This document shows positions 51,871-64,000 of a stretch of 64,000 nucleotides of DNA, in pieces. The DNA lies in NCBI GenBank assembly GCA_002269645.1, contig NIVC01000031.1, positions 806,001-870,000 of the forward strand, given 5' to 3'. This stretch comes from Macrostomum lignano (taxonomy: Eukaryota). The first letter of the stretch is position 1, and every line of letters starts with the position of its first letter. The notes beneath the pieces are model-generated. The model had not been told where the DNA came from. It searched no databases and saw only the letters and a program-made list of their open reading frames with translations. The position numbers were made by a program, and so were the translations under genes.

Positions 51871-52659
51871 TGGCACTACTGGTACTAATCCATCCCATTT
51901 GCTTCAGTCTTTGCAAGTCAAACACAGCATCATAGTTAAAATATCAGGCTAAATTCACGCGCTTGTGCAAGCAAAATTAAAATTGTCAAAAGAAAAACAG
52001 GAACATGTGTATCTGCTATTACTCAACTGTCAAACCAGAACACCCCAAAGTGCTGCCTGTCGCACGCCAAACAGATCGACTGCTTGCTTCTTGCAAAAGA
52101 AACCTGACAGAAATGCAGATCTGTCCCAGATTTCAATCGAGAATTTCTGCAAAAGCAAAACATCTGCTTGCTGCTTTCTGCTTTTCCAACCCATTCCGAA
52201 GTTGCAACACGCGTTCCTGAGCTGATAGCAGAAATCGGCAAAAAGCTTCATTGTATTCAGAACGCCTGACTGACACCCCTGAGGAGCTGGTATTGCCTGC
52301 CTTCCATCTGGACTCCTCTGCCTCCGTCTCTGCTTTTTCATCCCAATAATTCGATTGAGGAGGTGGGAAAGTGGAACAGAGAGACAGAGAGATGGAGGGG
52401 ATGCAGTTTAAGGTGGGCTACAGATTTAAGTGTCGAGGGTTGGCCATCCCGAACATTGCAGCATGCGGTTTCACTGGGAATGCGAGAGGAAGTGCTTGAG
52501 TGGCTCTCCGGACCCCCTGCCTGTGAGCGACCCCCTGCAGCGTGGCCTAAGTTAATGATAGAGCAAAGCTTCTCAAGACCCCGGAGAGCCACTCGTTGAC
52601 TATTGAGCATCCACGGGTATGACGAATGAACGGATTGAGCAATATTGTCTTGGGATAGT

Positions 52660-54128
<1,469 letters not shown>

Positions 54129-54386
54129 TAGAAAGAGACACACAGACACAGACTAAAAGTTAGAGTATGTATGTGCAAACATTGTCAAACACTGTCGTTA
54201 CTTTACTTGTATTGTTATTGTTAGATTATATAGATTAATATAGAATAATATCACTGATTGACAGGTCAGTCAGTACAAGCAAGCGAATGTCCCTGCGTAC
54301 GCTGGATTTTACGAGCTAGAATAAAGATTTCGGATATTTTAGAAACGTTCCAATCATACTACTGACTCCACTCGGCTAGTAAGTAG

Positions 54387-54715
54387 TCACACACGCATAG
54401 CCATCAGCTGGTCCAAATGCAGGTCCTCCTGGTCGCGGATGAACAGCTCCTTGGTGAGCAGCATCTGGTGGCCCTCGAAGCTTTTCAGACGCGTCTCGAT
54501 GTGTCCCAGCTGGGATCCGATGGACAGCCGATGGACCACGTGCTCTCCGCAGATGTCCTCGCAGACTCTTGGGAAGCACTCGTGCACATTGGCTATAGCT
54601 GTGTTCACCATGCGGCTGATCATGGAGGGCGGCAACAGGCTGCTCACGCTGAGGTCAGAATCGCACCGCAGCAGGTCGTACAGGAGCTGACAGAGACTGC
54701 TGGTGTCTAAACAGC
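54387..54715 (-). CDS. Divergent calcineurin-B-homologous (CHP-like) EF-hand protein, exon 3 (terminal)
   Basis: (G)CLDTSSLCQLLYDLLR...MISRMVNTAI...LFIRDQEDLHLDQLMAMRV*; the C-terminus resembles the CHP ending. Acceptor AAAAAG (54716-54717) chosen because it restores a 12-residue loop. An in-frame alternative TTTAG lies 9 nt downstream. Confidence 0.75.
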
Positions 54716-54794
54716 CTTTTTGATTGTGTGCGTTTGTTTGTGGGCATCAATTTTACTTACACCTGTCTCATGACTGGCTCTTGGCTTTGCAATT

Positions 54795-55505
54795 AGCTGA
54801 GACACCTGGGGTAGATAGCTGAGACACCTGGGATAGATGTAAAGACACCTGGGGTAGATGGTAGAGACAAACGGGGTAGATAGTGGACACCTGGGGTAGA
54901 TAGTAGACAACTGGGGTAGATAGTGGACACCTGGGGTAGATAGTAGACAACTGGGGTAGATAGTGGACACCTGGGGTAGATGGTAGAGACACCTGGGGTA
55001 GATGTAGACACCTGGGGTAGATAGTAAAGACACCTGGGATAGATAGTAAAGACACCTGGGGTATATGGTAGAGACACCTGGGATAGATAGCAGAGACACC
55101 TGGGGTAGATGTAAAGACACCTGGAGTAGATAGTAAAGACACCTGGGGTAGATAGATGGTAGAGACACCTGGGGTAGATGTAGACACCTGGGGTAGATAG
55201 TAAATACCTGGGTTAGATTGTAAAGTCACCTGGGGTAGATGGTAAAGACACATGGGGAAGATAGTAGACACCTGGGGTAGATAGTAAAGACACCTGGGAT
55301 AGATAGTAGATACCTGGGTTAGATGGTAAAGTCACCTGGGGTAGATAATAGACACTTAGGGTAAATGAAAGAGACACCTGGGGTAGATGGATAGATAGTA
55401 GAGACACCTGGGGTAGACACCTGATAAGACACCTGTGAAAACACAGATAAGAGACCTGTGAAAACACAGATGAGACACCTGTGAAATCACGGATGAGATA
55501 CCTGG
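54795..55505. repeat. ~21-bp minisatellite (AGACACCTGGGGTAGATAGTA), CHP-like intron 2
   Basis: Direct inspection. Confidence 0.92.
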
Positions 55506-55666
55506 TGACCTTGCACAGAAGATCGGTACCGCAGAGTGATAGATCGACACTATTTCACACATGATAGTATGATGGTACGTGAGCTGGGGAATGACATGCT
55601 GTACTCGATAAGACTACACTTGTAGCGACAGGACTACGACTCGTAAAACGTGACGAGCCAGCTCAC

Positions 55667-55940
55667 CAGTCTCCTTGAGATCGAAGCAGTTGTACAGAGC
55701 TAGCAGCTTCTGCATCTGTGCTACATCCCTGGGACAGGTAACTCCGGTAAAATAGCACATATCCGGTAGAGACTTGACCAGGTGCATCTGAGGACACCCG
55801 ATACAGTTGGAAAATGTCAGCGACAGGCTCTTAACAAACGCAGTGAAGCTGAGCTGCTCCCGATTCCAGAACAGCATCCGGTAGATGTACTTTTTCAGTG
55901 GATTTCCCGCCAGCAAGGAGCTGTGACGTTCCAAGTCGTT
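55667..55940 (-). CDS. CHP-like EF-hand protein, exon 2
   Basis: CGCAG acceptor. NDLERHSSLLAGNPLKKYIYRML...LSFTAFVKSLS...KLLALYNCFDLKET carries the NPL and KL..AF..YD signatures of the calcineurin B/CHP family. GTGAGC donor, phase 1. Confidence 0.8.
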
Positions 55941-56052
55941 CTGCGATGGGAATTCAGACGCATTTAAATGTAGGAGTAAATATGTAAGATTGGACGAAGC
56001 AGTTGCCGCTGTTCGACAAATTAAACGCCTGACTGTTAGATGCATCACCAAC

Positions 56053-57225
56053 GTGTTAGACACAGCACCCAAACCTGTTAGACACAGCACCCAAACCTGT
56101 TAGACACAGCACCCAGCCTGTTAGATACAGCACCCAACCTGTTTGACACAGCATACAACCTGTTAGACACAGCACCCAACCTGTTAGACACGGAACCCAA
56201 CCTGTTAGACACAACCCAACCTGTTAGACACGGAACCCAACCTGTTAGACACAGCACACAACCTGTTAGACACAACCCAACCTGTTAGACACGGAACCCA
56301 ACCTGTTAGACACAGCACACAACCTGTTAGACACAGCACACAACCTGTTAGATACAGCATCCAATCTGTTAGACACAGCACCTGATCTGTCAGACACAGC
56401 ACCCAGCCTGTTAGATACAGCATCCAATCTGTTAGACACAGCACCTGATCTGTCAGACACAGTACACAACCTGTCAGACACAGCACCCAACCTGTTAGAC
56501 ACAGCACACAACCTGTTAGACACAGCACACAACCTGTTAGACACAGCAACCAACCTGTTAAACACAGCACCCAACCTGTTAGACACAGCAACCAACCTGC
56601 TAGACACAGCAACCAACCTGTTAGACACAGCACCCAACCTGTTAGACACAGCACCCAACCTGTTTGACACAGCACCCAACCTGTTAGACACGGAACACAA
56701 CCTGTTAGACACAACCCAACCTGTTAGACACGGAACCCAACCTGTTAGACACAGCACACAACCTGTTAGACACAGCACACAACCTGTTAGACACAGCACG
56801 CAACCTGTTAGATACAGCATCCAATCTGTTAGACACAGCACCTGATCTGTCAGACACAGCACCCAGCCTGTTAGATACAGCATCCAATCTGTTAGACACA
56901 GCACCTGATCTGTCAGACGCAGCACCCAGCCTGTCAGACACAGCACACAACCTGTCAGACACAGCATCCAACCTGTTAGACACAGCACACAACCTGTTAG
57001 ACACAGCACACAACCTGTTAGACACAGCAACCAACCTGGTAAACACAGCACCCAACCTGTTAGACACAGCACCCAACCTGCTAGACACAGCAACCAACCT
57101 GTTAGACACAGCACCCAACCTGTCAGACACAGCATCCAACCTGTTAGACACAGCACACAACCTGTTAGACACAGCACCCAACCTGCTAGACACAGCACCG
57201 AACCTGTTAGACACAGCACCTGATC
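56053..57225. repeat. 21-bp minisatellite (GTTAGACACAGCACCCAACCT), ~55 copies, CHP-like intron 1
   Basis: 7-aa periodic spurious ORFs. Confidence 0.97.
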
Positions 57226-57293
57226 TGTAAGACTCGGGTTTGACAAATCACGCCTCTTTGGTTACGTATGGTTAAGTAAAGCCACGCACTCAC

Positions 57294-57620
57294 CACGGTA
57301 AGAAACGCTCTCTCAGAGTCATTAACCAACAGTTGAAACTGTTTGTAGAGTCGAGTGATCTGACTCTCATCGAGCAAACAGCTAGATTTGAGCTCCTCCA
57401 TTTCCTCCTTCGGTACCTTGACTCGCATAGTCAAATGTCGCCACCAGAGTTTGAAGATGAATTTCAGATGTCCAAACACGGTTGTGCTGGGTCGGTAGTC
57501 AAATTCACCGCCAGATTTATCTACAGCGGCAATCGTAGCCCCTGTCGCCGACTCAGCAGACATTCCAGGTGCTGTCAGCGCGGACACCAGAATCGGTTTG
57601 CTATCTTTTTCTTCAGTCAT
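57294..57620 (-). CDS. CHP-like EF-hand protein, exon 1
   Basis: ATG at 57620. ~65-aa N-terminal extension, then EEMEELKSSCLLDESQITRLYKQFQLL (family motif EEI....QI.RLY.RF..L). GTGAGT donor, phase 0. Spliced CDS is 327+274+329=930 nt, 309 aa. Confidence 0.8.
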
Positions 57621-57984
57621 TTATAGTACAATTGTAATATTAGCCTAAATTTTTACCCAAGTATAATAAATTCTGAGAGTATAAGCTAGTACTCCAACTT
57701 TGATGCAACGTCTGTATTGTCGATGTATTGAACTAACTGAAGCACTTGTATACAGTGCTTCTGTTTATACTTAAATTGATTTTTTATTTTACCCATAGAA
57801 TATTTACACTGGCTACTTGGTTACTAATACTAGTTTATGCATTGTAATTCTCACCGTGGGAATGGTCAAAGGCCACAATAGCACCAAATGGTGCCGCATG
57901 GCTACCAAGAGGAAAAGGGGAAAGGAAGTGAAAGAGGACACTACACACGGAGAGGATGGAATTGGAGAACAGGACAAAAGGAGA

Positions 57985-58651
57985 AAGAAGCCTAAAAACT
58001 GATCAAGCCCAAGGTGTTCTTTGAGATACGTGGGCTCTTGAAAATGGATGGCTTTGATGCCAGGGTTAGATAATTCTGCAGGTAGATCGGTATTACATAA
58101 TTTGCAGTGAATGGCTCTGTTCTAGAGAAGAAGCTTAAAGGGAGAAGCTGCGCTGCAATAGCAGTGTTGTTGGAACGGATCGGGAGGCCATGGTGACTGG
58201 AAAAAAAGGAGGGAGGAGCTGATGAAGTTCACTGGAGCCTTGACCCCGGCCGCAGAAGTCCATGGTATATTTTTAAAGATCTGTTCTTACCTGGGATGCA
58301 ACATCAAGACCTGAAGTCATGGTCGTGGGAGGCAAAATTAAGAAGACAAGTAAAATGGCAAGTAAAGATGGTATCATCAGCAAAGAAATGAATTTCTAAG
58401 GTTTTAATTTCAAGAACGTCATTTATAGAAAGTAAGAATAATTGGTAGGTCTTAAGACAGATTCCCAGGGAACACCCAGCATCTCTACTTGAAAAACAAT
58501 TCGACCCAATGAAAGTATAAATTTGTTGTCTGTTTGATAAATATGAGGAAAGCCATGCAATCATGAAGTGCATGGGGATTTTATCCCAGGAAGCAATTAC
58601 TAGTAATTTATTTTGTCTTAGGAACTCAGCAGCCAGAGCTACGCGCATCAC
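57985..58651 (-). mobile_element. Decayed, truncated LINE (CR1/L2-like) reverse transcriptase remnant
   Basis: WLSSYLSNRQQ...LFLLSINDV...HFFADDT in ORF 58304-58651. Downstream frameshifted KIYHGL / SSELHQLLPP resembles the C-terminal tail of such ORF2 proteins. Confidence 0.8.
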
Positions 58652-61369
58652 ACATCTAGTTTGTTTAAATCGATTTTAACTCTTGAAATTTTCAGCACTG
58701 ATTTGAACGCAGCCGAAAGCGCGCATGAAATTTTTAAAGTAAACTCTTTACCCATAGTTCTAAACTCTTAGCCCATAGTTACTCACTCATTAGAATCAAT
58801 CTCTCGCCGTCTCGGAAATACTTTTGCGCTCATGACCTCATGTTAATTATTACCGAAAAATGGCCATGTCTGGACACGTGGGCAATAAGCAATTTACTAA
58901 CGCCTGGCCTGGCCTTATTACAATTACAGTTGGTTTAGGGGCCTAGGCCTATTACATTTTTGATAATGTAAAAAAATACATAATGTTTAATCTATGTTCC
59001 CTTACATTTATATAATTATTTCTGTATTTATTTACTTCTCAGCCTTACTGATTTTTGTAAGCAGTAGAAATTTATTATATTTTTATATTATCAAAATGCA
59101 TGCTAGTATACCATAGGCCTTTTAAAACTATACATGTTATCCATGTGCTATCTTGATAGAGTGCAAAGTTTAGCAGAGTGCATTTTTGTTATCTAGCATG
59201 CTTGTTAACTTTGCTTAGTATATTGTAGTATAGAATGCCTAGTATATTGCAGTCTTATTAACCATGCACTCAAATAGCTGTTCCTTGGCTATTGGGCCAC
59301 ATGCATAAACTGAGCTTGCCAGGACTTAGGAGTGGAACAGATTATATGTAATGAACAGATAGTGTCTCAATGGGCCCTTGAACCTTAGCCTTAGGCTAAA
59401 CTGTTAGAGCCAATTATTTTATCTTTGACCAGAGAGAAAGTAAATTTGATCATGTGTATAACGAATGCCACATTAGGATAGCTACAGGTCAAGGCTAGAG
59501 AGGTATAGAATTACACTGGCCTTACTGACTAGCCTTGATAGGTTAGAGCATGCATGGCCTCTTCAATTTCAGCATTAGCATCTGCTGATATAATAAGACA
59601 GATGGCATTTGTAGCATCTAAAATTATGCAGTCTATAAGGCAAATGCTATTAAAGCATTCTATGCAATGAGTGAATAAATTGTGTAGGGTACTTGCTAGT
59701 TACTAGATATTCTTCACAACATCCTATAACAACATAGTTATAGTTTAATAGTTGAATAGTTATAGTTAAACAAGATAATATATGCAATATAATACTTAAA
59801 AATATATATTATATATATATATTATATTTTGTAATGCAAATGTTATAAAACAATCTAAGCCATTAAAAATACCCTAGGGCAAATGTTGGCAACTAGTGGC
59901 AATTAGTCTCCAACTGGTATGCACCTTCCAGTGGGGCATCTGTAGGTATTATATGGTTTCTATAAATGTTAGAAAAAATGTCAATGAATAAGTAAAAAAA
60001 TACTTTAAAGATTCCCCATAAAAACTTATATGAGCATATTTACCTGATTAGACTAAGGTCCTATAGATATAACAGGTCAAATACAAAATCCCAACCAAAC
60101 ATTTCTAATTGTAGTGTCTTGTCATCCTTGCAGCATAGGTTTTCTGCATAGAAAGCTATAGGAAGCTTTGGGCATAAGGTAGCAATTGACTCCTACTGGT
60201 ATATAGCCAAGTTCACTAGAGGTGGACAATATAACATTTTTAGACTTTTGATAGAAATTTGGTTAAGATTGAATAGGCCTATTTAAGTTATACAATTCTA
60301 TCTATTAATGCTAATATTAAAAAAATTTTAAATGTGTATAATGATAATAGTAGAATAAAAAAACAATGATTATTTAGTATTTAGCTTATTAATAACTTGA
60401 TATAGCTATATCAAATATAAATATCATAATATCATAGTCACAAATCTTAAAGCTTTTTGTCTTGCAATCTCAAAACCAAGATTAAGATTGGGAAAAATGC
60501 CAAAATCTTGATGATTGATCAAGATCTTATCTAACCCCTAAAACCCACAAAATTCTATCTGACAAAATGGAAGACCCCACTCAGACTCTGACACTACTTG
60601 TGATAAATATTGGGATACAAAAAGAAATATTTATCAAATAGTCTGTACAACTTTATATTGTTTAATAAAAGTTATGTCTATGATGGCAAGATTTAGAAAA
60701 TGTGCAATGTCCCAATTTATATGCGAAAGACTAATCTAATTGGCAGTAGCCAGGTAGGCAGCAATGGCAACATAAAATGGCTCTACCTGGTATTGGCCAT
60801 TTGAGATAATTCTAATTAGATGATTCCATGGTGGTGGAAAGTTGGCAAGGCCTTCAAAAAGCCACTTTGCCAAGACTTTGCCACTACTATCCATGTAGCT
60901 ATTGTATACTGCTAGAGTACTAGCCAGAATGGTAGGCATCATAAAGGCCTTGCGCTTGCTGCCTTAAATGATAACCTTTTTGGTTCTGTTTTATGCACTT
61001 TGTTTGCACTGCTGTTTTGGCTGTGAATGCAATTTGAGCAAAAGCTTATGGGCCTTGGGTACATTGGGATGTTCAAAACCATTGGTACACAAACTGTGCT
61101 AGCATCAGGTTTACCATTAGCATCAGACCAGTTATGCCAGCACTTCCTTCATGTGTCTAACTTGGTATGTATTGTCATCGCACTAGATGTGGCAGTTTCA
61201 ATCAGGCAATGTAGGCAGTAGAGAGTGTAGGTCCTCTACTTTTCTAGAGCTAGAAGACTTCATCCTTTTGGCATCTATGGTAGATCAATTAAACAAAAAC
61301 CATTGATCTATGATTTATGTTTGGCATTATAATAATAATAACTTAGCCCATTGGCATTGTCTGTATTTT

Positions 61370-61493
61370 CAAGATGCTTCCAAAGCAATGAGTTGTGTCT
61401 TGCTCAATTAGGACACAAATTGTTCTGAGTGGGTCGAGAATCGAACCCCTAACTTTTTAGTGGTGAGTCCGATGCTCAAACGATTAGGCTACA
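61370..61493 (-). mobile_element. Second, more decayed copy of the CORE-type tRNA-SINE
   Basis: The reverse complement TGTAGCCTAATCG...GGGTTCGATTCTCGACCCACTCAGAACAATTTGTGTCC...GAGCAAGACAC aligns by eye to 50911-51010. Confidence 0.78.
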
Positions 61494-61639
61494 ACCCCCT
61501 CACTAGGCTAAAGGGGTTGTAACCTGGAAAAAACTTTATTGTACCAACATGAATACAATAAAGCACTATCAATTATAGTATTTTGGCATTAAAATTCTGA
61601 TCCCGCAATCAAAAACACTGCTGCTTGCTCCGCCACTGC

Positions 61640-62092
61640 ATGAACGCCCTACAAGACACAATCTCTCCAGAGGAGTTGAAGCGAACTCGCGACCGATTTG
61701 AACGCGAATTCCGCAGCGGTCAGCCAGTCTCAACTCCCACTCAGTTGGCTTACGCCGGCGCCTTGACTCGAACCAGCGACCATCGCTGTCTTAGACAAGC
61801 CTGCCAATTATTAGAGACACTGTATCGTCAGACTACCGACGAAATAGCCAGACGAGACTGTCTGTATTATCTATCGATTGCTAAAGCCAGACTGAAAGAC
61901 TATGACGAAGCATTGACCTACATCGATGGCATACTCAAGGTTGAACCGTCCAATGCTCAGGCTAGAAAACTCAAATTGGATATCGAAGCTGAACGACGTC
62001 GAGAAGGATTCATTGGCCTAGCACTGCTTGGTGGTGTGGCAGCTTTCGGTGTTAGTGTTGCTTTTGGCATTGCCCGACTCGCTAGGGGTTGA
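61640..62092 (+). CDS. FIS1: Mitochondrial fission 1 protein (Fis1), intronless, 150 aa
   Basis: VSTPTQLAYA..., RDCLYYLSIAKARLKDYDEAL...LKVEPSNAQA TPR-like core. C-terminal tail anchor GFIGLALLGGVAAFGVSVAFGIA followed by basic residues. Confidence 0.93.
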   Translation: MNALQDTISPEELKRTRDRFEREFRSGQPVSTPTQLAYAGALTRTSDHRCLRQACQLLETLYRQTTDEIARRDCLYYLSIAKARLKDYDEALTYIDGILKVEPSNAQARKLKLDIEAERRREGFIGLALLGGVAAFGVSVAFGIARLARG

Positions 62093-62214
62093 CATGTTTT
62101 CTTGTCTGGTTTAATTTATTGCAATTGGGGATAAGTTTAGCTCGGGAAATTTCCCGCCAAGTCTTGCCGAGTGACAGATTTTTTCACACTACTTTGAGTG
62201 AGACATCCGCTACA

Positions 62215-63002
62215 GAGTGGATGAGACACCAGTTACAGTAGGGTGAGACACCAGCTACAGTTGGGCTGAGACACCAGTTACTGATGGGGTGAGACACCAG
62301 CTACAGATGGGGTGAGACACCAGTTACTGATGGGGTGAGACACCAGCTACTGATGGGCTGAGACACCAGTTACTGATGGGCTGAGACACCACTTACAGAT
62401 GGGGTGAGACACCAGTTACAGGTGGGGTGAGACACCAGTTACAGATGGGGTGAGACACCAGTTACAGGTGGGGTGAGACACCAGTTACAGATGGGCTGAA
62501 ACACGAGCTATAGATGGGGTGAGACACCAGTTACAGATGGGGTGAGACACCAGTTACAGATGGGCTGAGACACGAGCTATAGATGGAGTGAGACACCAGT
62601 TACAGGTGGGGTGAGACACCAGTTACAGGTGGGGTGAGACACCAGTTACAGGTGGGGTGAGACACCAGTTACAGATGGGCTGAAACACGAGCTATAGATG
62701 GGGTGAGACACCAGTTACTGATGGGCTGAGACACCACTTATAGATGGGGTGAGACACCAGCTACAGATGGGGTGAGACACGAGCTATAGATGGGGTGAGA
62801 CACCAGCTATAGATAGGGTGAGACACCAGCTACAGCTGATGGAGTGAGACACCAGCTACGGCTGATGGAGTGAGACACCAGCTACAGATGGGGTGAGACA
62901 CCAGCTACAGATGGGCTGAGACACCACTTACAGATGGGCTGAGACACGAGCTATAGATGGGGTGAGACACCACTTACAGATGGGGTGAGACACCAGCTAC
63001 AC
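62215..63002. repeat. 23-bp minisatellite (GAGACACCAGTTACAGATGGGGT), ~34 copies
   Basis: Direct inspection. Starts about 120 nt after the Fis1 stop. Confidence 0.96.
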
Positions 63003-63769
63003 AGTCTACAGAGATAGCCGACATTGATAATCAGGGAAATCTTCCTGGTAAAAATACTCGTGTTAACAGAGCAGTTTAATCCGCAGATATCTCAACTTTC
63101 TTTCAGCTCAGCAAAGTTTTTATGAAAGACGATTTTTTTCCTTAGTTAACTACGAATAACGGAAGGACTGTAATATTTCAAATTGTCTAAAGTAGTGCGA
63201 TTATGACAAAGTAAGTAACATTGCCCGAAAGTAATGTTCACCTTTATTAAGTATACTTTATTACTTGATAATAATGGTGATTACCTCCAATCTATAGCTA
63301 AATAAGAGACCATATTCGATTTTAATTCTTATTATCTCATTTCATTTGCTAATAAAAAATCTTGCATTGCTACTGATAAGTAATAAAAGTAGTCCGGTGT
63401 GCAAAAAAGCAAAGATAAGGATTAGTTTATTATTAGAGTCCAGATTTCTCTTATCTACAATTTTAGTAAAGCAGTGGTATGAAGCACTTTATTTAATACT
63501 TTAAGTAGTTAAATGCGCCTGCTAGATATGCGACTTTTAAAGAGTATTTATAAATTCTTCATTGCATTAATAAGCACATAAAAGTACATTAGCAAAATTG
63601 TGTTTGTTTTTCACCTGAGTTCTTGCGTTTTTTATTTTGAAAATATTGGTAATGTGTAGTTGGTAGTTTGCAGTGCTTAACTTGTAGCTTCTCTGTAGCT
63701 TGTAGATTTGTCTTTGTGTGGATCTTCTATCAGCTAAATACCGAAATCTCTATTAGATAATCGTGTAGA

Positions 63770-64000
63770 TCTACTAGATTATCATTTAGATCTACTGGAT
63801 TATCATTTAGATCTACTGGATTATCCTGTTAGATCTATTAGATTGTTCTTTAGATCTACTAGATTATCCGGTTGATCTACTAGGTTATCCCTTAGATCTA
63901 CTAGGTTATCCTTTAGATCTACTAGGTTATCCTTTAGATCTACTAGATTATCCGGTTGATCTACTAGGTTATCCCTTAGATCTACTAGGTTATCCTTTAG
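63770..64000. repeat. ~22-bp minisatellite (TAGATCTACTAGGTTATCCTT), runs off the window end
   Basis: Direct inspection. Shares the TAGATCTA core with 42050-42580. Confidence 0.9.

Noticed and set aside
55614-55666. CHP-like gene ending at the TAG at 55614
   Set aside because: The GTGAGC donor and exon 3 supply the rest of the EF-hand and a family-like C-terminus; the read-through is intronic.

Overview
Eukaryotic (animal) genomic DNA with GT-AG introns, CpG-rich exons and about 40% tandem repeat (manual estimate). The invertebrate assignment and any finer taxon are inference only. Five protein genes were reconstructed by hand. (1) V-ATPase V1 subunit D, + strand, 4 exons, 247 aa. (2) A membrane-anchored JmjC/cupin-like 2-oxoglutarate oxygenase, + strand, 4 exons, 358 aa. 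(3) An APCDD1 Wnt-antagonist orthologue, + strand, 5 exons over about 24.7 kb, with an apparent 1-nt frameshift near 44570. (4) A divergent calcineurin-B-homologous (CHP-like) EF-hand protein, - strand, 3 exons, 309 aa. (5) An intronless, divergent Fis1, + strand. Mobile DNA comprises a decayed, RT-deleted DIRS/Ngaro tyrosine-recombinase retrotransposon in V-ATPase D intron 1, two MITEs, a foldback-like inverted array, two CORE-type tRNA-SINE copies and a LINE RT remnant. More than 30 micro/minisatellite arrays fill almost every intron. Most notable patterns: a GACAC core shared by about 10 otherwise unrelated minisatellite families; minisatellite arrays paired in inverted orientation across exons; and sharp CpG depletion in old TE/intergenic blocks while housekeeping exons stay CpG-rich. 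No prokaryote-type system (CRISPR, operon) is present.
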